Part shown: piece after piece, positions 56,528 to 64,000 of the stretch | How positions within the stretch are numbered: position 1 is the first letter of the stretch | How the letters are laid out: each line of letters begins with the position of its first letter | NCBI GenBank assembly: GCA_035549715.1 | Contig: DASZQJ010000092.1 | Span: 2,735-66,734 of the forward strand | Direction of reading: 5' to 3' | DNA: 64,000 bases | DNA from: Burkholderiales bacterium | GTDB taxonomy: Bacteria; Pseudomonadota; Gammaproteobacteria; Burkholderiales; JACQAP01 | Notes under the pieces: model-generated | What the model saw: the letters and a program-made list of their open reading frames with translations, nothing else | Database searches by the model: none | Told to the model about the DNA's origin: nothing | Translations under genes and position numbers: made by a program

Positions 56528-57907
56528 ATGCGCGTGGCCCAATCGCCGCTGGAGCTGACCTTCCTCGGTGCCACCGGCACCGTCACGGGATCGAAGACCC
56601 TGGTGGCGGCCGGCGGCCGCCGGCTGCTCGTCGATTGCGGCCTGTTCCAGGGCCTCAAGGCGCTGCGCCTGCGCAATCGCGCCCCGCTGCCCGTGGCACC
56701 GTCCAGCCTGGACGCGGTGCTCCTCACCCATGCCCACCTCGACCACAGCGGCTACCTGCCGCTGCTCGCGCGCGACGGATTCCGCGGCCGCATCTATTGC
56801 AGCGATGCCACGCGCGACCTGTGCGCGATCCTGCTGCCGGACTCGGGGCACCTGCAGGAGGAGGAGGCCGAGTACGCCAACCGCGGCGGCTTTTCGCGCC
56901 ACCATCCCGCCCTGCCGCTGTACACGGAGGAGGATGCCCGGCGCTGCCTGGCGCAGTTCCATCCGGTGCCCTTCGGCACGCCGATCGACCTCGGCGCGGC
57001 GGGAACGGCTCGGCTGCGCCGCGCGGGCCACATCCTCGGAGCAGCCATGGTGGAGCTGCAGTCGGGCGGCCGGCGCATCCTGTTCTCCGGGGACCTCGGC
57101 CGTCCGCGCGATGCGCTGATGCCGGCGCCGGAGGCCGCCGGCGACGTCGACTACCTGGTCCTCGAATCGACCTACGGCGACCGGCGCCACGAGCCCGGCG
57201 ATCCCGGGGACCGGCTGGCGGACATCATCGGCCGCACGGCCGCGCGCGGGGGCGTGGTGGTCGTGCCCACCTTCGCCGTCGGCCGGGCGCAGCAGCTCAC
57301 GTTCCACCTGCACCGCCTCAAGCGCGAACGGCGCATCCCCGACATTCCCATGTACCTGAACAGCCCGATGGCCGTGGACGCGAGCACGATCTTTCGCGCG
57401 CATCCGGCCGACCACCGGCTCTCGCCGCCGGACTGCGCGGCGATGTTCGCCGACGTGCAGATCGTCAACACGGTGGAACAGTCCCGGCGCCTGAACCAGA
57501 GTCGCGGCCCGATGATCATCCTCGCCGCCAGCGGCATGGCCACCGGCGGGCGGGTCGTCCACCACCTCAAGGCCTTCGCGCCGGATCCGCGCAACACCAT
57601 CCTGCTCGCGGGCTTCCAGGCGGCGGGGACGCGCGGCGCGGCGCTCCAGGCCGGTGCGCGCGCCATCAAGATCCACGGCCAGTACGTCCCGGTGAACGCG
57701 CAGGTGGAAGTGCTGGACAGCCTCTCGGCCCACGCCGACACCGACGAGATCCTCGAGTGGCTGGGCGGCTTCGCGCGCGCGCCGCGGCGCACCTTCCTCA
57801 ACCACGGGGAGCCGGTCAGCGCCGACACCTTGCGCCGGCGCATCGAGGAGGACAAGGGCTGGGAGGTGACGGTGCCCGACTACCGCGAGGCGTTCGAGCT
57901 GCCATGA
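56528..57907 (+). CDS. MBL-fold metallo-hydrolase of the beta-CASP (RNA-metabolising) type
   Basis: LTFLGATGTVTGSK, HAHLDHSG, a beta-CASP region and C-terminal HGE (FLNHGEP); 459 aa. Confidence 0.85.
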   Translation: MRVAQSPLELTFLGATGTVTGSKTLVAAGGRRLLVDCGLFQGLKALRLRNRAPLPVAPSSLDAVLLTHAHLDHSGYLPLLARDGFRGRIYCSDATRDLCAILLPDSGHLQEEEAEYANRGGFSRHHPALPLYTEEDARRCLAQFHPVPFGTPIDLGAAGTARLRRAGHILGAAMVELQSGGRRILFSGDLGRPRDALMPAPEAAGDVDYLVLESTYGDRRHEPGDPGDRLADIIGRTAARGGVVVVPTFAVGRAQQLTFHLHRLKRERRIPDIPMYLNSPMAVDASTIFRAHPADHRLSPPDCAAMFADVQIVNTVEQSRRLNQSRGPMIILAASGMATGGRVVHHLKAFAPDPRNTILLAGFQAAGTRGAALQAGARAIKIHGQYVPVNAQVEVLDSLSAHADTDEILEWLGGFARAPRRTFLNHGEPVSADTLRRRIEEDKGWEVTVPDYREAFELP

Positions 57908-58374
57908 GTGCGCCGGCCCCCGTGCCTGTGAACCTGCTGGTGCCGGTCGACGGCTCGGAGGATGCCGAGGCCGCCGTGGGCGAGCTCATCCGGCGTGGCG
58001 GCGGGATGCCGATCCACGCACACCTGCTGCACGTCCAGGCCGGCATGATGGCGGACGAACTGGTCGCCCACCTGCCGCAGAAGGCGGTGGACGCCTGGTA
58101 TGCGCGCGAGGGCGGGGACGCGCTGGCCCAGGCCGCCGCGCGGCTGCAGGCGGCGGGCATCCCGCATACCCTGCATCGCCTGTCGGGCCCGGTGGTGCAG
58201 ACGATCGTGGAGCAATCCCGGCTACTGGGTTGCGAAGGGATCGTCATGGGCACCCGCGGCCGCGGGCGCCTGGTGGGCGCCTTGCTCGGCTCCGTGGCGG
58301 CCGGCGTGGCCGGGCTCGCGCCGGTGCCGGTGACGCTGGTCAAGGCGGGGCGGCGCCCGGACGCGTCCGCCTAG
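57904..58374 (+). CDS. Universal stress protein
   Basis: ATGA overlap with the MBL gene stop. NLLVPVDGSEDA...GTRGRGRLVGALLGSVAAGV. Confidence 0.85.
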   Translation: MSAPAPVPVNLLVPVDGSEDAEAAVGELIRRGGGMPIHAHLLHVQAGMMADELVAHLPQKAVDAWYAREGGDALAQAAARLQAAGIPHTLHRLSGPVVQTIVEQSRLLGCEGIVMGTRGRGRLVGALLGSVAAGVAGLAPVPVTLVKAGRRPDASA

Positions 58375-58958
58375 GCGGCGCGCCGCCCCAGGTCGCGCAT
58401 GCGGCGCAGCCAGCGTTGGCGCCGCGCGGGACGCGGGGACTCGACGCCGCCGAACAGGCAGGCGGACACCGGCCCGACGCCGCTGAAGGCGAGGATGTTG
58501 CGCTGGAGCACGCGCAGGCCGTGGGCGCGGAAAATCCAGCGGTACACGAAAGCCGGCATGCCCATGGTCACCACCACGCGCGCCGAACGGCCGGCGAGGC
58601 GCCTGCGCCAGCCGGTGGCCCTGCCGGTGCGATCCGCGGCGAAACCCGGCCGCAGCGCCTGCTCGAAAAAGGCCTTGAGCAGGGCGGGCATGCACCCGAG
58701 CCACAGCGGATAGAGGATCAGCAGGTGCGTGGCCCAGGCCAGGGTGTCCTGCGCCTGGGCGATGTCCGGCGCGGGCAGCCCGTCCTCCCACTCGTCCCGG
58801 GTCCGCAGGACGGGAAACTGCAGGCGGGCAACCTCGATGCGCCGGAGCTCGTGGCCGGCCGCCAGCGCGGCCTCGGCGTAGGCATCGGCGAGCGCGTGGC
58901 CCAGATGGCCGCCGCGCGCATCCGGGTGGCCCTGGATCAGCGCAATGCGCGCGCCCAT
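58371..58958 (-). CDS. Flavodoxin-like-fold NAD(P)H dehydrogenase (quinone) family protein
   Basis: The start at 58958 gives MGARIALIQGHPDARGGHLGHALADAY...LLILYPLWLGCMPALLKAFFEQ (Flavodoxin_2-like). The track's longer N-terminus is Arg/Cys-rich and implausible. Confidence 0.75.
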   Translation of the reverse strand: MGARIALIQGHPDARGGHLGHALADAYAEAALAAGHELRRIEVARLQFPVLRTRDEWEDGLPAPDIAQAQDTLAWATHLLILYPLWLGCMPALLKAFFEQALRPGFAADRTGRATGWRRRLAGRSARVVVTMGMPAFVYRWIFRAHGLRVLQRNILAFSGVGPVSACLFGGVESPRPARRQRWLRRMRDLGRRAA

Positions 58959-58968
58959 GCGGCGCCCT

Positions 58969-59280
58969 TCAATCGCGCCGCAGGAGCAGGCCCACCAGCA
59001 GCCCGGCGGCGGCGGCGAGGCCGGCCGCGCCCCAGGGATGCAGGCGCACCTGGCGGTCGGCCGCGTCCATCGCGTCCCGGGCCCGATGCGCCGCATCCGC
59101 TTCCACGGCCTGGACCTGGGCCTTGAGGGAACGCACCCGCTCCTGCAGGCGCTCGCGCAGGCCATTCGCCTGCTCGCCGGCATCCGCCGCCTTCAGGCGC
59201 AGCAGGTCCTCGACGTCGGTGATCATTGCGCGCACGTCCTGCGCCAGCTTCGCGCGGACGGCATCCGTGAGGTCGCTCAT
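58969..59280 (-). CDS. DUF883/ElaB-YqjD-like membrane-anchored stress protein (103 aa)
   Basis: MSDLTDAVRAKLAQDVRAMITDVEDLLRL...HPWGAAGLAAAAGLLVGLLLRRD. This is the 3' tail of an 890-aa track ORF, the remainder of which is antisense to mgtA. Confidence 0.8.
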   Translation of the reverse strand: MSDLTDAVRAKLAQDVRAMITDVEDLLRLKAADAGEQANGLRERLQERVRSLKAQVQAVEADAAHRARDAMDAADRQVRLHPWGAAGLAAAAGLLVGLLLRRD

Positions 59281-59338
59281 GTCGATGCTCCCTGTCGATG
59301 TAGTCGGAACACTCTGCGCCGGGGACGCGGCGCGGGGG

Positions 59339-59352
59339 TTGACACAGATCAA
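59339..59352. promoter_or_regulatory. FNR/Anr-type box TTGAC-ACAG-ATCAA in a divergent intergenic region
   Basis: Perfect half-sites, 59 nt from the elaB-like start (minus strand) and 100 nt from the mgtA-like start (plus strand). A weaker second site, TTGAT-CCAG-GACAA, lies at 59378-59391. Confidence 0.7.
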
Positions 59353-59451
59353 CGGCCGCCCGTCCCGTGGCCGCCCCTTGATCCAGGACAAACCACGGCG
59401 CGCCACCGGGTCCAGCATCCCGACCCATCCACTCGACGAGCGCGACGCCGC

Positions 59452-61968
59452 ATGCACGCAGCAAGTTCCAGGGGGCCGGAGGCCGCGGCCGAGATTCCGC
59501 TGCCGGGGCTGACCACCGCGCAGGCGCGGCGCCTGCTGCGCGAGCACGGCCACAACGTGCTGGAGGATCCCGAGCGCTTCGTCGTCCCGCGCGAGCTGCT
59601 GCGCCGCTTCGCCAATCCGCTGGTGCTCGTCCTGCTCGGGGCGAGCCTGGTGGCGGGGCTGACCGGCGAGATGACGAGCTTCGTGCTGATCGTGGCCATG
59701 GTCGCGGGCAGCGTGGGCCTGGATTTTTTCCAGGAGTTCCGGGCGCGCAAGGCCTCCGAGCAGCTGCGCAAGTCGGTGCAGTTGCGCGTGGATGCCGTGC
59801 GCGACGGGGCCCGGCACCGCCTCCTGGCCACCAGCCTCGTGCCCGGCGACCTCGTCCTGCTCCAGGCGGGCAGCCTCATCCCGGCCGACGGCCGCCTGGT
59901 GCGGGGCCTGCACCTGTTCGTCAACCAGGCGGCCATGACCGGGGAGCCGTACCCGGTCGAAAAGCGCCCGGCGGGCCCCGAAGGGCCGGGCGACGACGAA
60001 CTGCTCATGGGATGCTCGGTCGTGAGCGGCTCGGGCCTGATGCGGGTCGAACGCACCGGCGCGCGCACCGCGCTGGGCAAGCTGTCCGGGGCGCTGTCCC
60101 GGCGTCCGCCGCCGAGCGCCTTCGAGGCCGGGACGCGCCGATTCGGCTTCCTGGTCATGCGGGTGACGCTGCTCATGGTGCTCTTCGTCCTGCTCGCGAG
60201 CACGGCCGCGCACCGGCCGCTGCTGGAGACCTTGCTGTTCGCGCTGGCGCTGGCGGTCGGGCTCACCCCCGAGCTGCTGCCGATGGTGCTGACCGTGACG
60301 CTGGCGCGCGGCGCGATGCGCCTGGCGGGCCGGGGCGTCATCGTCAAGCGGCTCGCCGCCCTGCACGACCTGGGCACCATGGACGTGCTGTGCACCGACA
60401 AGACGGGCACCCTCACGCGCGCGCGCATCCGCCTCGAGCGCAGCGTCGATGCGGCGGGGCGCGACGAGCCCGGCGTGTTCGAACTGGCCTGGCTCAACAG
60501 CCGCTTCGAAACCGGCATCCGCAACACCCTGGATGAGGCGATCCTGGACGCGCCTGCGCCGCCGGCGGGGTCGTGGCGCAAGATCGACGAGCTGCCGTTC
60601 GACTTCGAGCGCAAGCGGGTGTCCGTGCTGCTCGACGACGGGCAACGGCGGCTGCTCATCGTCAAGGGCGCCCCGGAGGACGTCCTCGCGCTGTGCGCCA
60701 CCGGGACCCGGGGAGGGGAGGGTGCGATGCCCTGGGACGAGGCGGCGCGCGCGCTCGCCGAGGGCACGCGCCGCGCGCTCGAAGGCGCCGGCTTTCGCGT
60801 GCTGGCCGTGGCCTGCCGCAGCCTGCCGCGCACGCACGAACGCGCCCGCCCCGATGACGAGTCGGGACTGGCGTTGCGCGGCTTCCTTGCCTTCCTCGAT
60901 CCGCCCAAGGCGACGGCGGGCGAGGCGGTGGCGCTGCTGCGCGAGGGCGGCGTCGAACTCAAGATCCTGACCGGCGACAGCGACCAGGTCACGCGCCACC
61001 TGTGCGGGCAGCTCGGCATCCCGGTGGCGGGCGTGCTTACCGGGCGCGACATCGACGCCATGGGGGACGATGCGCTGGCGGCCGCGGCCGCCGGGGCCAA
61101 CCTGTTCTGCCGCGTCACGCCCGCGCAGAAGAACCGCATCATCCTCGCGCTCAAGGGCCGGCGGCGCGTGGTGGGCTACCTGGGCGACGGGATCAACGAC
61201 GCCCCGGCCCTGCATTCGGCCGATGTCGGCCTGTCGGTCGACGACGCGGCGGACGTGGCCAGGGAAGCGGCCGACCTGATCCTCACCCGCGGCGACCTGC
61301 GCGTCGTGCACGAGGGCGTCCTCGAGGGCCGGCGCACCTTCGCCAACGTGCGCAAGTACGTGATGATGGTCACCAGCTCCAACTTCGGCAACATGTTCAG
61401 CATGGCGGCGGCCGTCACGTTCCTGCCGTTCCTGCCGATGCTGCCGCTGCAGGTGCTGCTCAACAACGTGCTCTACGACCTGTCCGAACTGGCCCTGCCG
61501 CTCGACCGCGTCGATGCCGAGGATGTCCGGCAGCCGCAGGCCTGGGACCTGCGCCAGGTGTCGGGTTTCATGCTGGTCATGGGGCTGGCGAGCTCGCTGT
61601 TCGACTTCCTGACGTTTTTCGTGATGCTCCACCTGCTGCATCTGCCCGAGGCGCTGTTCCAGACCGGCTGGTTCGTCGAATCCCTCGCGACCCAGGTGCT
61701 CGTGGTGTTCGTGATCCGCACGCGGCGCAGCCCGTTCGCAAGCCGTCCCGCCCCGGCGCTCGCGGCCGCATGTCTGGGCGTGGTCGCGTTCGCCTGCCTG
61801 CTACCCTGGCTGCCCTGGTCCGCCGCCTTCGGCTTCGCGCCGTTGCCGGTCAGCCTGTGCCTCGCCATCGCCGCCCTGGTGGCGGCCTACCTCGGGGTCG
61901 CGGAATTCGCCAAGCGCCTGTTCTATCGGCGGTCGTCGCGTCGGCCGCCGGGCGTGTCCGCCGGTTGA
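59452..61968 (+). CDS. mgtA: Mg2+-importing P-type ATPase (MgtA family)
   Basis: DKTGTLTRARI, GDGINDAPAL and the family-specific C-terminal stretch NFGNMFSMAAAVTFLPFLPMLPLQVLLNNVLYDLSELALPLDRVD. Start chosen at ATG 59452 (838 aa). Confidence 0.85.
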   Translation: MHAASSRGPEAAAEIPLPGLTTAQARRLLREHGHNVLEDPERFVVPRELLRRFANPLVLVLLGASLVAGLTGEMTSFVLIVAMVAGSVGLDFFQEFRARKASEQLRKSVQLRVDAVRDGARHRLLATSLVPGDLVLLQAGSLIPADGRLVRGLHLFVNQAAMTGEPYPVEKRPAGPEGPGDDELLMGCSVVSGSGLMRVERTGARTALGKLSGALSRRPPPSAFEAGTRRFGFLVMRVTLLMVLFVLLASTAAHRPLLETLLFALALAVGLTPELLPMVLTVTLARGAMRLAGRGVIVKRLAALHDLGTMDVLCTDKTGTLTRARIRLERSVDAAGRDEPGVFELAWLNSRFETGIRNTLDEAILDAPAPPAGSWRKIDELPFDFERKRVSVLLDDGQRRLLIVKGAPEDVLALCATGTRGGEGAMPWDEAARALAEGTRRALEGAGFRVLAVACRSLPRTHERARPDDESGLALRGFLAFLDPPKATAGEAVALLREGGVELKILTGDSDQVTRHLCGQLGIPVAGVLTGRDIDAMGDDALAAAAAGANLFCRVTPAQKNRIILALKGRRRVVGYLGDGINDAPALHSADVGLSVDDAADVAREAADLILTRGDLRVVHEGVLEGRRTFANVRKYVMMVTSSNFGNMFSMAAAVTFLPFLPMLPLQVLLNNVLYDLSELALPLDRVDAEDVRQPQAWDLRQVSGFMLVMGLASSLFDFLTFFVMLHLLHLPEALFQTGWFVESLATQVLVVFVIRTRRSPFASRPAPALAAACLGVVAFACLLPWLPWSAAFGFAPLPVSLCLAIAALVAAYLGVAEFAKRLFYRRSSRRPPGVSAG

Positions 61969-61978
61969 CGTGGATCAA
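61965..61978 (+). promoter_or_regulatory. FNR/Anr-type box TTGAC-GTGG-ATCAA
   Basis: Perfect half-sites. The left half contains the mgtA stop (61966-68). It lies 85 nt upstream of the USP ATG at 62063. Confidence 0.7.
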
Positions 61979-62062
61979 CCCCTGTCCGGGGCGAATGGGA
62001 TGAAATGGGTCCATTACGCAACCGACGCCCGGCCGATGGCCGCGGCACCGCAAGGAGGACGC

Positions 62063-62530
62063 ATGCGCAGGATCCTGTTGCCGGTGGACGGATCGCTTGA
62101 ATCGCTGGGGGCCGTGAACCAGGCGATCCTGGAGGCGCGCGCGCCGGAAGGCGTCGAGGTGCACCTGATCAACGTCCAGCCGCGCACCATCCCGGAGGAA
62201 TCGATGGTGGCCATCCCGGCGGAGGACGTGGATACCTACTATTACCGGCGCAGCGTGGCGGCGCTCGAATGCGCCGAGCGCTGCCTGCATGACGCCGGCG
62301 TGAATTTCGTGTCCCACCACGTCGTCGGGCCGGTGGCCGAGCGCATCCTCGAGAAGCAGCGCGAGCTCGGCTGCGACTCGATCCTCATGAGCACCCACGG
62401 GCACGGCCGCGTGGCCAACGCCTTGCTCGGCTCCGTCTCGGCCCGCGTCATGCGCACGGCAAGGGTGCCCGTGGTGCTCGTCAAGGCGCGCGAGGTCCCG
62501 GACTTCACGGGACGCCTGGGCGCGACCTGA
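62063..62530 (+). CDS. Universal stress protein
   Basis: RBS AAGGAGG precedes ATG 62063. RILLPVDGSLES...STHGHGRVANALLGSVSARV. Confidence 0.85.
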   Translation: MRRILLPVDGSLESLGAVNQAILEARAPEGVEVHLINVQPRTIPEESMVAIPAEDVDTYYYRRSVAALECAERCLHDAGVNFVSHHVVGPVAERILEKQRELGCDSILMSTHGHGRVANALLGSVSARVMRTARVPVVLVKAREVPDFTGRLGAT

Positions 62531-62625
62531 GGCCGCGCCGGCCGGATCGAGGTGAAGTACGGGGGGCGACGAGTGCCTGGCACGGGTCCGGTGGACGCGC
62601 TGACGCCCCCGCAGCACGACGCCCC

Positions 62626-63264
62626 GTGATGTTCGCCGACCGCCTCGATGCCGCCCGTCGCCTGGCGGCCGCGCTCGCCGCCTATCGCGGGCGCCATCCG
62701 CTGGTGCTCGCGGTCCCGCGCGGCGCGGTGGGCATGGGCAGGGTCATTGCACAGGCGCTCGGCGGCGAGCTCGATGTCGTCCTGGTCCGCAAGCTGCGAT
62801 CGGCCTGGAACCCGGAGTTCGCCATCGGCGCGATCGACGAATCGGGCTGGACGCACGTGAACGCCGGGGCCGGGGGCGCGGGTGCGGACGCGCGCCACCT
62901 GGACGCGGAGAAACGCGCGCAGCTCGAGACGCTGCGGCGGCGGCGCGAGCGCTATACGCCTTCGCGCACGCCGGCTGATCCGGCGGGGCGCATCGTGATC
63001 GTCGTCGACGACGGCCTCGCCACCGGGGCCAGCATGGTCGCCGCGCTGCATGCGGTGCGCGCCCGCCACCCCGCGCGCCTGGTCTGCGCGGTGCCCGTGG
63101 CCGCCCCCGAGGGCCTGGAAAGGGTGCGGACGCTTGCGGACGAGGTGGTCTGCCTCGAGGCGCCGGCGGCGTTCCACGCGGTCGGCCAGTTCTATCGCGA
63201 ATTTCCCCAGGTCGAGGACGAGGAAGTGGTCGCGGCGCTGGCGCCACCCGGCGCATTGACCTGA
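62626..63264 (+). CDS. Phosphoribosyltransferase-family protein
   Basis: FADRLDAARRLAAALAAYRGRHPLVLAVPRGAVGMG... and the PRPP loop IVIVVDDGLATGASM. The start is GTG 62626 or ATG 62629. Confidence 0.8.
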   Translation: MMFADRLDAARRLAAALAAYRGRHPLVLAVPRGAVGMGRVIAQALGGELDVVLVRKLRSAWNPEFAIGAIDESGWTHVNAGAGGAGADARHLDAEKRAQLETLRRRRERYTPSRTPADPAGRIVIVVDDGLATGASMVAALHAVRARHPARLVCAVPVAAPEGLERVRTLADEVVCLEAPAAFHAVGQFYREFPQVEDEEVVAALAPPGALT

Positions 63265-63269
63265 ATCAA
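63256..63269 (+). promoter_or_regulatory. FNR/Anr-type box TTGAC-CTGA-ATCAA
   Basis: Perfect half-sites. The spacer contains the PRTase stop (63262-64). It lies 81 nt upstream of the USP ATG at 63350. Confidence 0.7.
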
Positions 63270-63349
63270 GGCGGCGTGGCCGCGCGTTCCCATACTGCAA
63301 CCAGCGCCCGGGGCGTTTCCCGGGGCGACCAACGGCGAAGGAGCCTTCC

Positions 63350-63796
63350 ATGTACAAGCACATCCTGGCGGCAACGGACGGATCGAGGCTGTCCGACAAG
63401 GCGATCAACACGGCGATCGAGCTGGCCCGCACCCTGGGTGCGAAGCTCACCGTCTTCCATGCCACCGAGCCGTATCCGGTGGGCATGTATTCCGAGTACG
63501 CCATGCTGAGCGACGCGGCAACCCCGGGCGCGTGGGCGAAGACCCAGAAAAAGCGCGCCGATGCCATCCTCGAGAAGGTCCGCGCGAAGGCCGCGAAGGC
63601 GGGCGTGGACGTCGCCGGCGCCACGTCGGAAACCATGGATCCCTACGACGCGATCCTGGCGACGGCGAAGAACAAGCGCTGCGACCTCATCGTCATGTCC
63701 TCGCATGGCCGCCGCGGCCTGGAGGGCATGATCCTGGGCAGCGAGACGCACAAGGTGCTCACCCACGGCAGGCTGCCGGTGCTCGTATGCCGCTAG
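63350..63796 (+). CDS. Universal stress protein
   Basis: RBS GAAGGAG precedes ATG 63350. MYKHILAATDGSRLSDKA...SSHGRRGLEGMILGSETHKV. Confidence 0.9.
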   Translation: MYKHILAATDGSRLSDKAINTAIELARTLGAKLTVFHATEPYPVGMYSEYAMLSDAATPGAWAKTQKKRADAILEKVRAKAAKAGVDVAGATSETMDPYDAILATAKNKRCDLIVMSSHGRRGLEGMILGSETHKVLTHGRLPVLVCR

Positions 63797-64000
63797 GGCA
63801 AGCCCGCCGGGGCGGCGCGGTCCTGGTGACCGTGAACCTGGTGGTGAGCGGCTGCGCCACCGAAGCGGACCTGCGCAACGTGGGCGGCGCGCTCCGATGC
63901 ATCCGCGGGGTCGCCAGTGCCGAGCCGGCGGCCGACGGCGGGCATGTCACGGTGGCCTACGATGCCGACAAGGTCATCCCGGTGCAGCTCGAGCGGGCGG
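63787..64000 (+). CDS. Partial ORF running off the window (>=71 codons), possibly an HMA-like ferredoxin fold lacking the CxxC motif
   Basis: ATG 63787 overlaps the USP stop by 10 nt. MPLGQARRGGAVLVTVNLVVSGCATEADLRNVGGALRCIRGVASAEPAADGGHVTVAYDADKV... shows high GC3 and a beta-alpha-beta-beta pattern like heavy-metal-associated domains, but with a single Cys where GMTCxxC would be. Confidence 0.35.
   Translation, partial: MPLGQARRGGAVLVTVNLVVSGCATEADLRNVGGALRCIRGVASAEPAADGGHVTVAYDADKVIPVQLERA

Noticed and set aside
59281-61641. The upstream 787 codons of the 890-aa minus-strand ORF 58969-61641
   Set aside because: Only the last 103 codons (58969-59280) form a credible ElaB/DUF883-like protein with its own ATG. 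The rest is antisense to the well-supported mgtA-family gene.
62578-62593. TGGCAC motif upstream of the phosphoribosyltransferase gene as a possible sigma-54 promoter
   Set aside because: The -12 element is missing: TGGCACGGGTCCGGTG has CGGT where TTGC is expected.
1-64000. A search by eye for mobile elements, integrases, toxin-antitoxin pairs, restriction or defence genes, tRNA/rRNA genes and CRISPR arrays
   Set aside because: I recognised none in any frame. The only compositional anomalies are short AT-richer promoter patches (about 22820-22880, 24850-24900, 32090-32160 and 55340-55400), which are not island-scale shifts.

Overview
Very GC-rich (by eye about two-thirds G+C, not computed), densely packed chromosomal segment of proteobacterial, probably betaproteobacterial, type. 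I saw no rRNA, tRNA, CRISPR array, IS element or prophage genes. All family assignments come from reading the translations and from remembered motifs; no searches were run.

Four blocks:

(1) 1-22683: the 3' 22.7 kb of one giant ORF whose 5' end lies outside the window. It encodes a beta-helical, Calx-beta-like, RTX adhesin-type protein with in-frame tandem repeats, His-rich inserts and an unusual C-terminal metzincin motif (HEIGHVLGFDH).

(2) 22.8-32.0 kb: a DUF3467-like gene and a large SAM-methyltransferase, followed by the most unusual module in the window and my best candidate for an undescribed system. It comprises three different HlyD-type membrane-fusion proteins: one fused to a GAF-like sensor, one fused to an intact site-2-protease (M50) domain, and one orphan. 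A SecA paralogue with degenerate ATPase motifs is translationally coupled to them. No ABC, RND or MFS pump and no TolC is present.

(3) 32.3-43.6 kb: PAS-GGDEF-EAL protein, FMN reductase, a small secreted protein, and the alpha-2-macroglobulin/PbpC pair. The junction of that pair carries a perfect 35-bp inverted repeat built from 9-bp tandem units.

(4) 43.6-64 kb: a low-oxygen island. It holds ccoI-ccoS, ccoNOQP, ccoG and ccoH interleaved with four universal-stress-protein genes, two further P-type ATPases, two DUF2892 genes, a beta-CASP MBL hydrolase and other stress genes. At least six FNR/Anr-type boxes (TTGAY-N4-RTCAA) punctuate it.

The many long antisense ORFs in the track are GC-composition artefacts.
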